DNA of 24,490 nucleotides from a virus (taxonomy: Duplodnaviria; Caudoviricetes), in IMG/VR virus record IMGVR_UViG_3300017774_002359, positions 1 to 24,490 of that record. One strand, written 5' to 3'. This document shows positions 1 to 9,277 of the stretch, in pieces. Position numbers and translations under genes: made by a program. Every line of letters begins with the position of its first letter. Within the stretch, counting starts at the first letter, position 1. The notes under the pieces were generated by a model that saw nothing but the letters and a program-made list of their open reading frames with translations, had not been told where the DNA came from and ran no database searches.

Positions 1-347
1 AATTGATTGATCTCGCACCATTGTTTTTTATCTCGATCTCTCGCTTGAGCCTTATAAAACTCTAATTTATTCGCAAAGAAGAAGTTGTTATATTCTGTGT
101 GTTGCTGACCATGAACTTCTACAATTAATGATCTAACTGGAATAAAAAAATCCGCCTTGAGGGTGGATTTTCTATTGTCTGTTCTAGTTCCCGGCAATAC
201 TAATTCTTCAAGAATCCTCTCGTTGGGATATTTTTCTTTTAGAAGTTGTCGAGCTTTATTATGTAGTCCCGATCTTTTTTCAGTGTCAACAATATTATTA
301 CTTGGAATCCAAGAATGTTCTTTGCCGTCTAAACCTAGAATTTTCAA
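1..347 (-). CDS. DUF559/Vsr-like PD-(D/E)xK endonuclease, C-terminus runs off window (not in ORF track)
   Basis: Manual translation from TTG at 347 (overlaps the RecA TGA): MKILGLDGKEHSW...LKADFFIPVRSLIVEVHGQQH...KAQARDRDKKQWCEINQ. The DF...IVEVHGxxH...RDxxK pattern is typical of this family. Confidence 0.75.
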   Translation of the reverse strand, partial: MKILGLDGKEHSWIPSNNIVDTEKRSGLHNKARQLLKEKYPNERILEELVLPGTRTDNRKSTLKADFFIPVRSLIVEVHGQQHTEYNNFFFANKLEFYKAQARDRDKKQWCEINQ

Positions 348-1339
348 TACAACATTTCCTTGACTTTAGACTCTAGTAATGTATACAGCTCTTGATGTTC
401 AGTGAGATAATTATATACCTTTTCCTGACCCTGTAATTTAACCTTTTCGCTTTCAATAAAGTCAAGATTATACCACGACCCAGCCACTGAAATTAATCCA
501 AGGTCAATTGCAATCATAAGAATCTCTTGCACTTTATCAATTCCATGACCAAATCTAATCCAGCTATCGCACGTTTTATAAGGCGATCCTATTGAAGAAC
601 ATAATACATCCCATGTCACTTTTAACCCAATGACATTTTTATTCTCCTTGGAAGACCCCGCTGCTTCCCACGGAGAGACCGTCTTTACCTCCATGCGTGT
701 ATCCGCTTGGAATTGGATCTTAACGCCACCATCGGCCATTTTTGACTTACCATAGCCACTTGTATTCGTGATCATGTGTGTAATCATAATCACCAAACAT
801 TTTTGATTTGGAACTGCCTGACCCAGCTTTTTCACAAAGTCAGAAAGAATCTTAGGCAACCCCGGCCTCGTCATTCCACTAATGTCTTCATCAAGATCGC
901 GAGAAGGAATAAGGGATGAAATAGAATCAATAACAAGCACGCATCCTTCGTTTTCCTTGTCTAATAGTAATTTCCTTGCAATATCTAGAAAAGTTTCTGC
1001 TGCTAGTGGCTCATCTCCAGATCTAATAACTTGAACTAATGATGGATCAATTCCGGGAATTTCAAAGTTCATTTCTTTTAATCGTCCCTCAACGTCAAGA
1101 TAAATAATCTTGCGACCTAAAGCTTGGCAATTAGCAATGATTTGCATTGTTGTGGTTGTCTTGCCAACTTTTGGTGGACCCGATAGAATTACCCAAGAAC
1201 CCTCCTTAATACCACCACCGAGAGCCAAGTCAATAGCAGGGCTAATTGATATCGTTTTGTAAGATTTCTTTTGTTCAAGAACTTTATCTCCAGTTGTTAG
1301 ATAGTCGCCGTATTTTTTTACAAACTCTTTATCTGTCAT
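344..1339 (-). CDS. recA: RecA/UvsX-like recombinase
   Basis: IDLALGGG, Walker A GPPKVGKTT, YLDVE catalytic Glu, Walker B LVIDSIS, GGVKIQFQADTR, C-terminal AGSWY...QG. Start probably ATG 1339 (AAGGA upstream); the ORF track starts at 1345. Confidence 0.93.
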   Translation of the reverse strand: MTDKEFVKKYGDYLTTGDKVLEQKKSYKTISISPAIDLALGGGIKEGSWVILSGPPKVGKTTTTMQIIANCQALGRKIIYLDVEGRLKEMNFEIPGIDPSLVQVIRSGDEPLAAETFLDIARKLLLDKENEGCVLVIDSISSLIPSRDLDEDISGMTRPGLPKILSDFVKKLGQAVPNQKCLVIMITHMITNTSGYGKSKMADGGVKIQFQADTRMEVKTVSPWEAAGSSKENKNVIGLKVTWDVLCSSIGSPYKTCDSWIRFGHGIDKVQEILMIAIDLGLISVAGSWYNLDFIESEKVKLQGQEKVYNYLTEHQELYTLLESKVKEMLY

Positions 1340-1775
1340 CTTCAACTTCCTTTAGTCTTTGTATCAATGTTTTCGACCCAAATGTTTTTCTTGGGGCGAA
1401 CGAACCCTTTGCAGATTCGATTACTTCTATTGTATCACGCTTTGGAGCATTGTCAAGCAAAAACTTGATTTTTTCTATGTCTGACCTTACGTTCCTAGCT
1501 CCCAAAGAAATAGTGTTTGATCCAGCTTTAGATGATGCAAACTTTATTACTGGCTCTTCACCATATTCTTTAATTAGTTTATTGGCTAAAGACACCTGAC
1601 GAATATAAGTCTTTTTCCACTTTGGAGTATTCCAAAATTTATAGGGGAGAGTCCCAGCTTTTTCATGCTTTGCTTGTTTTTGGCATACTAACTCTGCAAT
1701 ATACTGTGCGGGAGTGCAAAAGTCTCCGGTTGACGGAGACTTGTATTTGCTTAATTCTGTTCGTTGCTTTGACAT
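1329..1775 (-). CDS. hypothetical basic protein
   Basis: Open frame in the operon; GGAG upstream of ATG 1775; overlaps the recA start. Confidence 0.75.
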   Translation of the reverse strand: MSKQRTELSKYKSPSTGDFCTPAQYIAELVCQKQAKHEKAGTLPYKFWNTPKWKKTYIRQVSLANKLIKEYGEEPVIKFASSKAGSNTISLGARNVRSDIEKIKFLLDNAPKRDTIEVIESAKGSFAPRKTFGSKTLIQRLKEVEDDR

Positions 1776-2242
1776 GTACAATCATCTCCGCATATTTTAT
1801 GACGTTTATACATTAGCGCGTCATTTTCAGGAGTCATTAGCCTAACTTCTGAACCTTCTTTTAGTTCAAATTCTGGCCAATAAAATTTAGTAACATCAAT
1901 TGTACCTTTGTCATTCAATTGTCCAAAGCACATAAATCTAAATACCATACTGTCGTCATCATTTAGATCACGTATGATGCCTCTTGTAATTAAAAAATTG
2001 TCTAAGCCTTTATCATCTTTATAGATTGATGTTTCTGGCATCCCCGGACAAAGAACTTTTACCTCTACAATATCTTTGTTATTATTATTACAGTAGAGCT
2101 TTAATCTTGTCCAAGGATCTTTTTGATCTGGGGCATCAAAATCAGACCAGACTTGAGTGCCGTCATCTAAGATGCATTTCCACAATATTTCTTGCTTCTC
2201 TAATAGAGATAATATATGAGCGTTATATCCTGTGCAAATCAT
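1751..2242 (-). CDS. hypothetical protein
   Basis: 163-aa ORF; ATGA overlap with the upstream gene. Confidence 0.75.
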   Translation of the reverse strand: MICTGYNAHILSLLEKQEILWKCILDDGTQVWSDFDAPDQKDPWTRLKLYCNNNNKDIVEVKVLCPGMPETSIYKDDKGLDNFLITRGIIRDLNDDDSMVFRFMCFGQLNDKGTIDVTKFYWPEFELKEGSEVRLMTPENDALMYKRHKICGDDCTCQSNEQN

Positions 2243-2490
2243 TCTTCGTCCCTAATTTTATGAATACATGATTTAATCCTGTCTGACATTTGGCCTTTTC
2301 TATCTATTGCAGTCTCATCAGACCTCATAGACGCTTCCTTTGTCATTGCCGTAAACCCACGCTCTTTCTTTCGGGCGAACATTTGATATGTACTTGGCAG
2401 CGTGTGCGTATTTTCATTTTGCTCGTCTGTATTGTGGTCAGATGGTTTTTGCTTTGGTACATCTGATGGTAAGACTTTCTTTTTGGCCAT
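2239..2490 (-). CDS. hypothetical protein
   Basis: ATG 2490 preceded by AAGGA; fills the operon gap. Confidence 0.7.
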   Translation of the reverse strand: MAKKKVLPSDVPKQKPSDHNTDEQNENTHTLPSTYQMFARKKERGFTAMTKEASMRSDETAIDRKGQMSDRIKSCIHKIRDEE

Positions 2491-2491
2491 A

Positions 2492-2854
2492 TTAGTTTCC
2501 TTTGTTGATATATGCACGTCTTGCTGTTGTTAAAAAATATTCTCTGCGTGTAGTTAAATATTTTGTATAACTATTGAAAATATCTTCATCTACTTTCTTG
2601 AACTGAAAATCGAATGCATTCGTTTTATTCATGTCCATTCCGTATGGATCAAATAGCTGCCCTCTTCCATGTTTTACATGGTACGTGACACTAGCGCTTT
2701 TTCCATCTTCTGTGGCAACTTGTATCGTTTTTGCGACGGCTTTTTCTTCGCCGCAAGCGTTTCCAGCTTTGTCATAGTAAAATACTAAGTTTTGTCTAAT
2801 AAAGTCAATGCCAATACTTTTTAACTCTTCTTCTGACGCTACTTTATTTACCAT
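2492..2854 (-). CDS. hypothetical protein
   Basis: 120-aa ORF overlapping the upstream gene. Confidence 0.75.
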   Translation of the reverse strand: MVNKVASEEELKSIGIDFIRQNLVFYYDKAGNACGEEKAVAKTIQVATEDGKSASVTYHVKHGRGQLFDPYGMDMNKTNAFDFQFKKVDEDIFNSYTKYLTTRREYFLTTARRAYINKGN

Positions 2855-3080
2855 TTTTTAGCCCTTCTAATAATTGCTTAACCTTTTGGACACAATCCCA
2901 TCTGTCAAATCCTTTTACGGTTAATTGTCCTTGGGATGTCATATTGTTATCTTTGAAATCATCTGAGCAGTCTATATGCTCTGGATCAATACTGCCATCT
3001 GGCAGCAATCTATGGATAAAAACATTTAATTTTACAATGCCCACATGTGGACCGATGTTTCTTTTGGGTCTATTTATCAT
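2844..3080 (-). CDS. hypothetical protein
   Basis: 78-aa ORF; ATGA overlap. Confidence 0.65.
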   Translation of the reverse strand: MINRPKRNIGPHVGIVKLNVFIHRLLPDGSIDPEHIDCSDDFKDNNMTSQGQLTVKGFDRWDCVQKVKQLLEGLKNGK

Positions 3081-3418
3081 AATTTTCCAGTCTCAATATA
3101 TTTAGTCTTTTGTTCTGGAGATAATGAAGCTATTTTTCTAGCCTGTTTCATTTTCTCTTGACTTTCTATCTTTTCTTTGACACCATCTTGAGCCATTTTT
3201 TCTTCAAGTTTGTGTCGGCCCATTTTCTTGGCATTCGCTTCAGCTAATTGGCCGATGGTCTTGATCTCCTTATTAATTATAACAGGAGCGCCATCTAAAA
3301 CAACCTCTAAAGTTTCAGCGTGACAAATTTCACAGGTTTTCCGAATTGGCTCCTTAATGCTGTGGTAAGTTTCGTACTCACCACAGCCATTGGAACACTT
3401 ATAGTGATATAAAGGCAT
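3077..3418 (-). CDS. FmdB-family zinc-ribbon protein (putative regulator)
   Basis: N-terminal MPLYHYKCSNGC...H...TCEICH matches the MPxYxYxCxxC...CxxC signature. Confidence 0.8.
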   Translation of the reverse strand: MPLYHYKCSNGCGEYETYHSIKEPIRKTCEICHAETLEVVLDGAPVIINKEIKTIGQLAEANAKKMGRHKLEEKMAQDGVKEKIESQEKMKQARKIASLSPEQKTKYIETGKL

Positions 3419-3420
3419 TA

Positions 3421-3690
3421 TTAATCCTCTTGTAATCCTTCGTATAAATCAGGATCATTCCTAAGATTTTCTTCGCTAGCATTTATCATGAAAGTTCTTA
3501 AGCTATTTCTATAAGCTGTTTTTGTTTCATCTGTTAAATCTTCGCGACTTATTGTAAATTCATAAAATTCAATATAATCTTCGTTAATTTCTTTGGTTTC
3601 TATCATTGCTTCTGCCATCTTGGATTCGCATAATGCCAAATTTCCACATAAAATTGCAGCAACAGCAATAGGTGCTAAAAATTTTCTCAT
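3421..3690 (-). CDS. small acidic protein with N-terminal signal-peptide-like segment
   Basis: MRKFLAPIAVAAILCGNLALC: basic N-terminus plus hydrophobic stretch; ATGA overlap with phoH. Confidence 0.6.
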   Translation of the reverse strand: MRKFLAPIAVAAILCGNLALCESKMAEAMIETKEINEDYIEFYEFTISREDLTDETKTAYRNSLRTFMINASEENLRNDPDLYEGLQED

Positions 3691-4391
3691 TTCAACCTTT
3701 CTAAAATACGACCAATGATTGGATTACGAACAATATCTGTTGCGTCTAATTCACAAACGCCAACTCCTTGTAATCCAAATAACCTTTCGCTAACATCTTC
3801 TAGTCCACCTCTTAGGAACTGTGGAAGATCTGATTGATCCGCATCACCATTAATTACTGCGCGAGAATGCATTCCGATTCTTGTTAAGAACATTTTAATT
3901 TGTTCATATGTTGCATTCTGGGCTTCGTCTAGAATCATAAAGCAATCGTGGAAGTTTCGCCCTCTCATATATTCAAGAGGACACATCTCTATTATACCCG
4001 CTTCTCTAAATTTTGTCAAAAGCATTTTTCCAATATATTGTTCCATCTCTTCAAGAATTGGCACAAGATATGGATGAATCTTTTCATCTTTATCGCCGGG
4101 AAGATAACCGAGACCTCTACCATTTTCAACTGTTGGACGTGTAATAATAATCTTTGCGATTTTATTTTCCAATAGCCAGCTACAAGCCAATCCTACCGCT
4201 ACTGATGATTTACCAGATCCTGCTGGACCCGTACATACTGTTACGTCATTTTCCACCATAGAAATAATATAATTTTCTTGATTAACACTTTTAGGTTGAA
4301 GAATTTTTCTATGTGGGTTGCTAACAGCGGTTGTTCTTGCTTTTTGAGCTTCTTTACGTTCTCTGTATTTTGACATGATTGTTTTTCTCAC
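3687..4391 (-). CDS. phoH: PhoH-family ATPase
   Basis: GPAGSGKS, ITRPTVE, LGYLPGD, YMRGRNF, ILDEAQN, LTRIG, GDADQSD, DIVRNP. Alternative start ATG 4376. Confidence 0.95.
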   Translation of the reverse strand: MRKTIMSKYRERKEAQKARTTAVSNPHRKILQPKSVNQENYIISMVENDVTVCTGPAGSGKSSVAVGLACSWLLENKIAKIIITRPTVENGRGLGYLPGDKDEKIHPYLVPILEEMEQYIGKMLLTKFREAGIIEMCPLEYMRGRNFHDCFMILDEAQNATYEQIKMFLTRIGMHSRAVINGDADQSDLPQFLRGGLEDVSERLFGLQGVGVCELDATDIVRNPIIGRILERLK

Positions 4392-5458
4392 GATATGGTG
4401 AATGTATTATTACTGTTCTTGTAAGTGAATTTATAGACCGTGTAACTGGATTGACCCGCTTCACCTCCACTTCTATCTGAACTTGTTAAGTAATTATTAT
4501 CTCCAAGATCTATAGTGAGCGCACCACTAATACCCAGTTGGATAGATTCGTCGTTTAGCTCACGATATACCGTGTTTAAAGTTTTCACCTTTCCATCGGC
4601 TGCATTTGCTATATTTAAATAGCCACTTTCTGGAAGTAAACCTTCCCATGCTTTATTATTATATTTTAAATAACCCCTGTCAAGCACTTCAAACGAACAT
4701 GATATGTCAAAAGGATATTTTACATACTTATTTGCAACTGTGTAAAAACCACCATATGTTGGGTATTCGCCGTATTCAAAATTAATAGAAACGTCAACTG
4801 ATCTAAGTATAGCCCCACTAGCCAGCAGTGTCGAGACTTCTCTTGGAGCTTGGGCTAAGAAAAAGTCTTGCCTTCTTTTTGTAGTCCCCGAATGAGGAAC
4901 AAAATTGCCCTCTTCTAATTTTTTATTATATTGATAATACCCCGCATCACCAACTTTTAATACACCAGATTCTAATGAATGCCCAGCAAATGAACACTCT
5001 TCTGTGAAATAACCGTCTGTAGAAAATTTATAACTTATAGCGTTAAGCACCATGTCTCTACATTTAATACCCACTGGAGTTCCTGTGGGTGATGGTGTTG
5101 ACATGTCTGAAGATGATGTTGGATTTGGGGATATCGTAATGTCTATATCTATAGGGCTTACATTAATGCCTTGGTATGGAAGTATGCCACTTTGTTTGCC
5201 AAGTTGTCTAGTTCGCGTGTTTTTATTTACGCCACTGTCAAGCACTAGTGACTGCGATGTATCTGCAATGAACTTTACAAAATTAACTGTTACGTTTGGT
5301 TTTTTATGTAGATTTGTACTTGCGAATGGATTACCCCAAGTTGATATTGATGTCACATTTTTTGTTTCATCAAAAGTCAAGCTTTGCACTCCAGATACAG
5401 GAGAGTCCTGTACCTTTAAGGAGTGTAAGCTATAATTAATTACTGTTGGTAAACTCAT
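4388..5458 (-). CDS. hypothetical protein, possibly tail-tube-like virion protein
   Basis: 356 aa, rich in S/T/G/V with beta-strand periodicity (GVQSLTFDET...PNVTVNFVK; ISYKFSTDGYFTEECSF; YPFDISCSFEV). Structural role is an inference. Confidence 0.5.
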   Translation of the reverse strand: MSLPTVINYSLHSLKVQDSPVSGVQSLTFDETKNVTSISTWGNPFASTNLHKKPNVTVNFVKFIADTSQSLVLDSGVNKNTRTRQLGKQSGILPYQGINVSPIDIDITISPNPTSSSDMSTPSPTGTPVGIKCRDMVLNAISYKFSTDGYFTEECSFAGHSLESGVLKVGDAGYYQYNKKLEEGNFVPHSGTTKRRQDFFLAQAPREVSTLLASGAILRSVDVSINFEYGEYPTYGGFYTVANKYVKYPFDISCSFEVLDRGYLKYNNKAWEGLLPESGYLNIANAADGKVKTLNTVYRELNDESIQLGISGALTIDLGDNNYLTSSDRSGGEAGQSSYTVYKFTYKNSNNTFTIS

Positions 5459-7638
5459 GTAATTTCACAGGCTCCACCAGAACACGCGAGAGCTTGCTCT
5501 AATTGGGTATCGTCATATTGTTCTTCTACAACTGTGTAATCCACTTCTTTATATTCCCTTTTTAGTTCAGTCCAGAGTTTAAAGTTATAAACATCTTTCA
5601 TGCAATATGTAAGTTCTTTGATATCGCCTTCAAAATATTTATCAGCAAATCTCTTGCACCTTTCAACCCAATCGACCTTAGCCTTGCCTTTAATGGGGCT
5701 TCCAAGGCCAGAAATGCTATCGCAAGCTGCCCACAAGTTATCTTCCCATAAGGTTAGAGCAACCTCAATTAACCCACTTACGAACATCACGCCTTCACCA
5801 TAATGAGAAATCATCTCTGTAGGTAAATACACAGCGGTGAATGGGGCTTGTGGATAATCTTTATCGCCAGTAACTGGAAGCAATGAAATGCCGCAAAAGA
5901 ATTCTCTATTTGCATAGATAAAATCTTCTACTTCATTCCATTCATCTGGTTTAACATTAATTGTATTACTCACATTATGAGTTAGCCAAGGTTTAGTGCA
6001 AAGCTCAACATTAGTTCCGGGAAGCACCCAGTTCTGCTGCGTTGACTTTACAATCTTAAGTAGCTCAATCGCTGTAATCTTATTCTTTGTTTTGCTACCG
6101 TCTGGAACTTCAATGCAGAAGGCTATTACGTCATCGGTTCTATTGGCCGACCAAACAGATTCTTCGCACGCTCTGGGGTTGATCTTGTTGAACTGTTGGT
6201 ACAACGCCTCCACCTTATTCGCCTGTACGCGACGAATGTAGCGTTTAGCATGATGAGGATGAATACCACTGGCAGTGCCAAGAATACAACTAGCAGTGCC
6301 TTCAGGCTTGACACAGGTGACTCTCGCCGCTTGATTAATTCCAATCTTCTGGGCGATAGATTTGTTGGTTTCTTTTGCAAGCTCCGCTGCCTTTCGTTGA
6401 ATATCTGGATTCAAGCAGATTTCTGGCCTTTCCAGCCAGCCAGTTCCTGAGACTCCAAGTAATGCCTCTCTAGCAAAAATCTTCTCGCTAGTTTCACCTA
6501 GATATGGAAAGCTATTAAATCCAGCCTGAAGAGTGCCAATGATAGTTACTGCTTTTACTGCGTCATAAAAGTCTTGTTCTGTATTAACTTTAGCACAGTT
6601 AACTGTAGAGAGATTACAACCTTGCCATCCACTCTTGCCAGTTTCTACATCTACTGGATACATTCCAATTTCAACACATGGATTAACAATAAAGTCTTCG
6701 TCGTCGGCCCATACAAAACCCGGCTCACCAAACTGCTTAACCGATTGCATTAACTCTGCAAATTGTTCAGGGGTTGTTTTCCCCCTTAGAAGAAGTGCTG
6801 AGTTATTTGACCGACCCCTTTGAGGATTATCAGTAAACCAATTGCCAGTTTTAGCTGTAGCCATCTCTTTATCGTCTGGCGAGAAGAGACAAATGGTAGC
6901 ACTACGGCGCACTCCACCACTAATAACAGCATCGGCAGCGTGCATAACAATATCGTATGCTTCGATTGACTTAAGTCTGCCATCTCCTCTATTAACTGCA
7001 TTGTCTAGCACTTTCTTAATATTGCCAAGAGCTTTTTTTAGCGGTTCTGCTCCCGGAGCTTTTCCACCTCCAGAAATTCTTGTCCCCTTAGCTCTAATCT
7101 TGTCAAAATTAAACTGAACTTCTTTTCCGTTGTATTCTGGAAAATCAGTTTCGCCTTCAAAATATGAACTGAGCAACACTCCGATTGCATCGCTCCAACC
7201 TTCAATTTCATCTGGTACTGTATACTTTACCTTACCAGATCTTTCCTTCGATAAATTGGGCAGTTTTTCGATATGCTTTTTTTGAACAGAAAATCCAACA
7301 CCACATCCGCACAATAACATATACATACACTCTTGAAAGAATCTAATTCGATCAATGAAAGAAACTGTACAATTAAACATACGGGCGTTATGTTTAAAGA
7401 TAGGATCTCCACCGAATTGCAATGCTCTCTGCGACCCCAACCCCTTCTTCTTGAGCATCATATCATATGCCCAGTCAATATCTGCGTGCAAGTCTTCGCT
7501 TTTATCTGCATATTGTTTATGCATCATATTCCTAACACGGTCAACACTTTCTTTGTATGTTTCTCGTCTTTTTTTATCTGGTAAATATCTGGCATATTTT
7601 GCAGAGAACGTGTAATCCTGTAAAGCTTTAATCGACAT
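5455..7638 (-). CDS. nrdJ: class II (adenosylcobalamin-dependent, monomeric-type) ribonucleotide reductase
   Basis: RRETY, MFNC, GCGVGFSV, SGGVRRSA, NPCVEI (thiyl Cys), CNLS, TCVKPEGTAS, YPQAPF, C-terminal CSGGAC. No adjacent beta-subunit gene. Confidence 0.92.
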   Translation of the reverse strand: MSIKALQDYTFSAKYARYLPDKKRRETYKESVDRVRNMMHKQYADKSEDLHADIDWAYDMMLKKKGLGSQRALQFGGDPIFKHNARMFNCTVSFIDRIRFFQECMYMLLCGCGVGFSVQKKHIEKLPNLSKERSGKVKYTVPDEIEGWSDAIGVLLSSYFEGETDFPEYNGKEVQFNFDKIRAKGTRISGGGKAPGAEPLKKALGNIKKVLDNAVNRGDGRLKSIEAYDIVMHAADAVISGGVRRSATICLFSPDDKEMATAKTGNWFTDNPQRGRSNNSALLLRGKTTPEQFAELMQSVKQFGEPGFVWADDEDFIVNPCVEIGMYPVDVETGKSGWQGCNLSTVNCAKVNTEQDFYDAVKAVTIIGTLQAGFNSFPYLGETSEKIFAREALLGVSGTGWLERPEICLNPDIQRKAAELAKETNKSIAQKIGINQAARVTCVKPEGTASCILGTASGIHPHHAKRYIRRVQANKVEALYQQFNKINPRACEESVWSANRTDDVIAFCIEVPDGSKTKNKITAIELLKIVKSTQQNWVLPGTNVELCTKPWLTHNVSNTINVKPDEWNEVEDFIYANREFFCGISLLPVTGDKDYPQAPFTAVYLPTEMISHYGEGVMFVSGLIEVALTLWEDNLWAACDSISGLGSPIKGKAKVDWVERCKRFADKYFEGDIKELTYCMKDVYNFKLWTELKREYKEVDYTVVEEQYDDTQLEQALACSGGACEIT

Positions 7639-8123
7639 TATTCTTTTGCCCTTTTGTTTTTTAATTTGATACTTAGATTACTGAATACTATATATCCAAA
7701 ATCTATTTCTTTAATTTGTAGTCCATTTTCTATTAGGAAATTGATGATTTTAATATCATCTTCGCTCATGGAATAAATCACTCCATGCTTATCTACTATA
7801 ATTTTTCTAATACCGTTCTGCCATAGGATTTTTGAACAGACAGAACATGGATACCCAGTTATATAAGCTCGCAAGTTTTTTTCTTTTACGATCATATTGG
7901 CCAAGGCATTTTGTTCTGCGTGAATCATATAAGGGTATTTATATGGTCGTATCATTGGCAGATTTTCATCTTTGGTATCGGCTGGAAAGCCGTTATATCC
8001 TATGCTAACGACATGATTGTCTTCGTTAACAATAACACAGCCCACTTGCGTTTGAGCGTCATGTGAACGCACAGCGGCTAAATGGGCCATTGCCATGAAG
8101 TATTGATCCCAGTCGGTTCTCAT
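7638..8123 (-). CDS. dCMP deaminase (deoxycytidylate deaminase family)
   Basis: WDQYFM, RS.D..TQVGCVIV, GYNG, HAEQNAL, PCSVC zinc motif; ATG 8123 in an ATGA overlap. Confidence 0.92.
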   Translation of the reverse strand: MRTDWDQYFMAMAHLAAVRSHDAQTQVGCVIVNEDNHVVSIGYNGFPADTKDENLPMIRPYKYPYMIHAEQNALANMIVKEKNLRAYITGYPCSVCSKILWQNGIRKIIVDKHGVIYSMSEDDIKIINFLIENGLQIKEIDFGYIVFSNLSIKLKNKRAKE

Positions 8124-8311
8124 TTTGTAAGATACTCTTTGTGAATCCAAGAAAGTTTGATATCTTTGTCGAGTGGACCGTAAGCTACAAGTTTATTATA
8201 ACCTTGTTTAGCTTCAAAGAAACCAAAATATCCTTCTGGATGCTTGGAATTTTCTGTGTTTGGAATTGCTACTTTTTGCAAGCTGTTCAGCTTATCTAAA
8301 TTGATTTTCAT
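8120..8311 (-). CDS. hypothetical protein
   Basis: 63-aa ORF with upstream GAGGA. Confidence 0.6.
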   Translation of the reverse strand: MKINLDKLNSLQKVAIPNTENSKHPEGYFGFFEAKQGYNKLVAYGPLDKDIKLSWIHKEYLTK

Positions 8312-8325
8312 AATATCCTCTTGTG

Positions 8326-8661
8326 TTAATCCTGAATTTTATATAACTTAAAAACATCCTGCTTATCAATTGGTGCTGCGTATTCGATTTGACAAGTTGA
8401 TGCATCTTCATCTTCAAAAGATAGAAAATAGAACTCTTGAATCTCAGAAGTGATAAGTTCATTAAGTGTTTTATTATTATAATCGGTCGCAGTAAACAGC
8501 TTATCTAACTTATCGGACAAAGAGAAAGCAAGATAGCCTTCTCTCTCGTCCAGCAGTTGTATTGCAATACCATAATATAGAACTTTATTCTGCTTAAATT
8601 TAAAAAATGTAAGAGAATCAATCTCTTCTTTGATGTGGATTTTGCCAATTTTAATACTCAT
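8326..8661 (-). CDS. hypothetical protein
   Basis: ORF fills the operon gap; ATG 8661 (track start GTG 8670). Confidence 0.6.
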   Translation of the reverse strand: MSIKIGKIHIKEEIDSLTFFKFKQNKVLYYGIAIQLLDEREGYLAFSLSDKLDKLFTATDYNNKTLNELITSEIQEFYFLSFEDEDASTCQIEYAAPIDKQDVFKLYKIQD

Positions 8662-8836
8662 TCTTGTCACTTTCTAATACGACTGTAATCTTGTTTAATC
8701 GGATGTCGATGAACGTCTTGCCGTCCACCGTTCTTACACTTACATTATCCAAGATCACCTTCACTTTGTCAAGGTCTGTTTTGGAAAATCCAAGCTCGTT
8801 CAGTAAAATTTCGACGACCTTACCTTTTAATTCCAT
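8651..8836 (-). CDS. hypothetical protein
   Basis: 61-aa ORF; GGAG upstream; overlaps both neighbours. Confidence 0.6.
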   Translation of the reverse strand: MELKGKVVEILLNELGFSKTDLDKVKVILDNVSVRTVDGKTFIDIRLNKITVVLESDKNEY

Positions 8837-9218
8837 TGGATGCTCCAGCAGTATTAGGTATCATTCCGTTCATAGGTAATACCTTTTTTGTTTCTTCTAG
8901 GATTTCATTTCTTTCAATATTTATTTTCATGATATTATCCAATTTCATTGTGTGATCATTTAATATATCTGCGTGTATTGTAAAATTTTGCACAAGTATA
9001 TCGTTTTGCTTTTCTAGAATAGTTACAGTTCTGCCTGTTGCATCTTTTAATTGTGTGACTAATTCAAAGTGGGCGTCTACTATTGGTTCTATCTTTACAA
9101 AAATCTTTTTGCCTAATTTATAAAGTACAAATCCAGTTATCAACCATAATCCAACAGGAAAGCCGGTTTTATTAATGAATTCGCCCAAATTAGGAAGTAC
9201 TTCATGCCATGACATCAT
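8820..9218 (-). CDS. single-TM membrane protein with coiled-coil tail (holin-like / YvrJ-like N-terminus)
   Basis: FINKTGFPVGLWLITGFVLYK hydrophobic segment, then a heptad-like region; strong SD GGAGGTGAG at 9221-9229. Confidence 0.55.
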   Translation of the reverse strand: MMSWHEVLPNLGEFINKTGFPVGLWLITGFVLYKLGKKIFVKIEPIVDAHFELVTQLKDATGRTVTILEKQNDILVQNFTIHADILNDHTMKLDNIMKINIERNEILEETKKVLPMNGMIPNTAGASNGIKR

Positions 9219-9231
9219 AACTCACCTCCAT

Positions 9232-9264
9232 AAAAAAATGGGGCCGAGCCTTAACTCGACCCCA
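9232..9264 (-). terminator. rho-independent terminator
   Basis: Minus strand TGGGGTCGAG-TTAAGG-CTCGGCCCCA followed by T7, just after the stop at 9278. Confidence 0.88.
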
Positions 9265-9277
9265 CGACTTATATAAA

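Noticed and set aside
5455-7638. Intein or intron in the RNR, or a class I alpha-subunit assignment
   Set aside because: Continuous frame with no intein splice or homing-endonuclease motifs; it lacks the class I C-terminal tyrosine pair and has no adjacent nrdB
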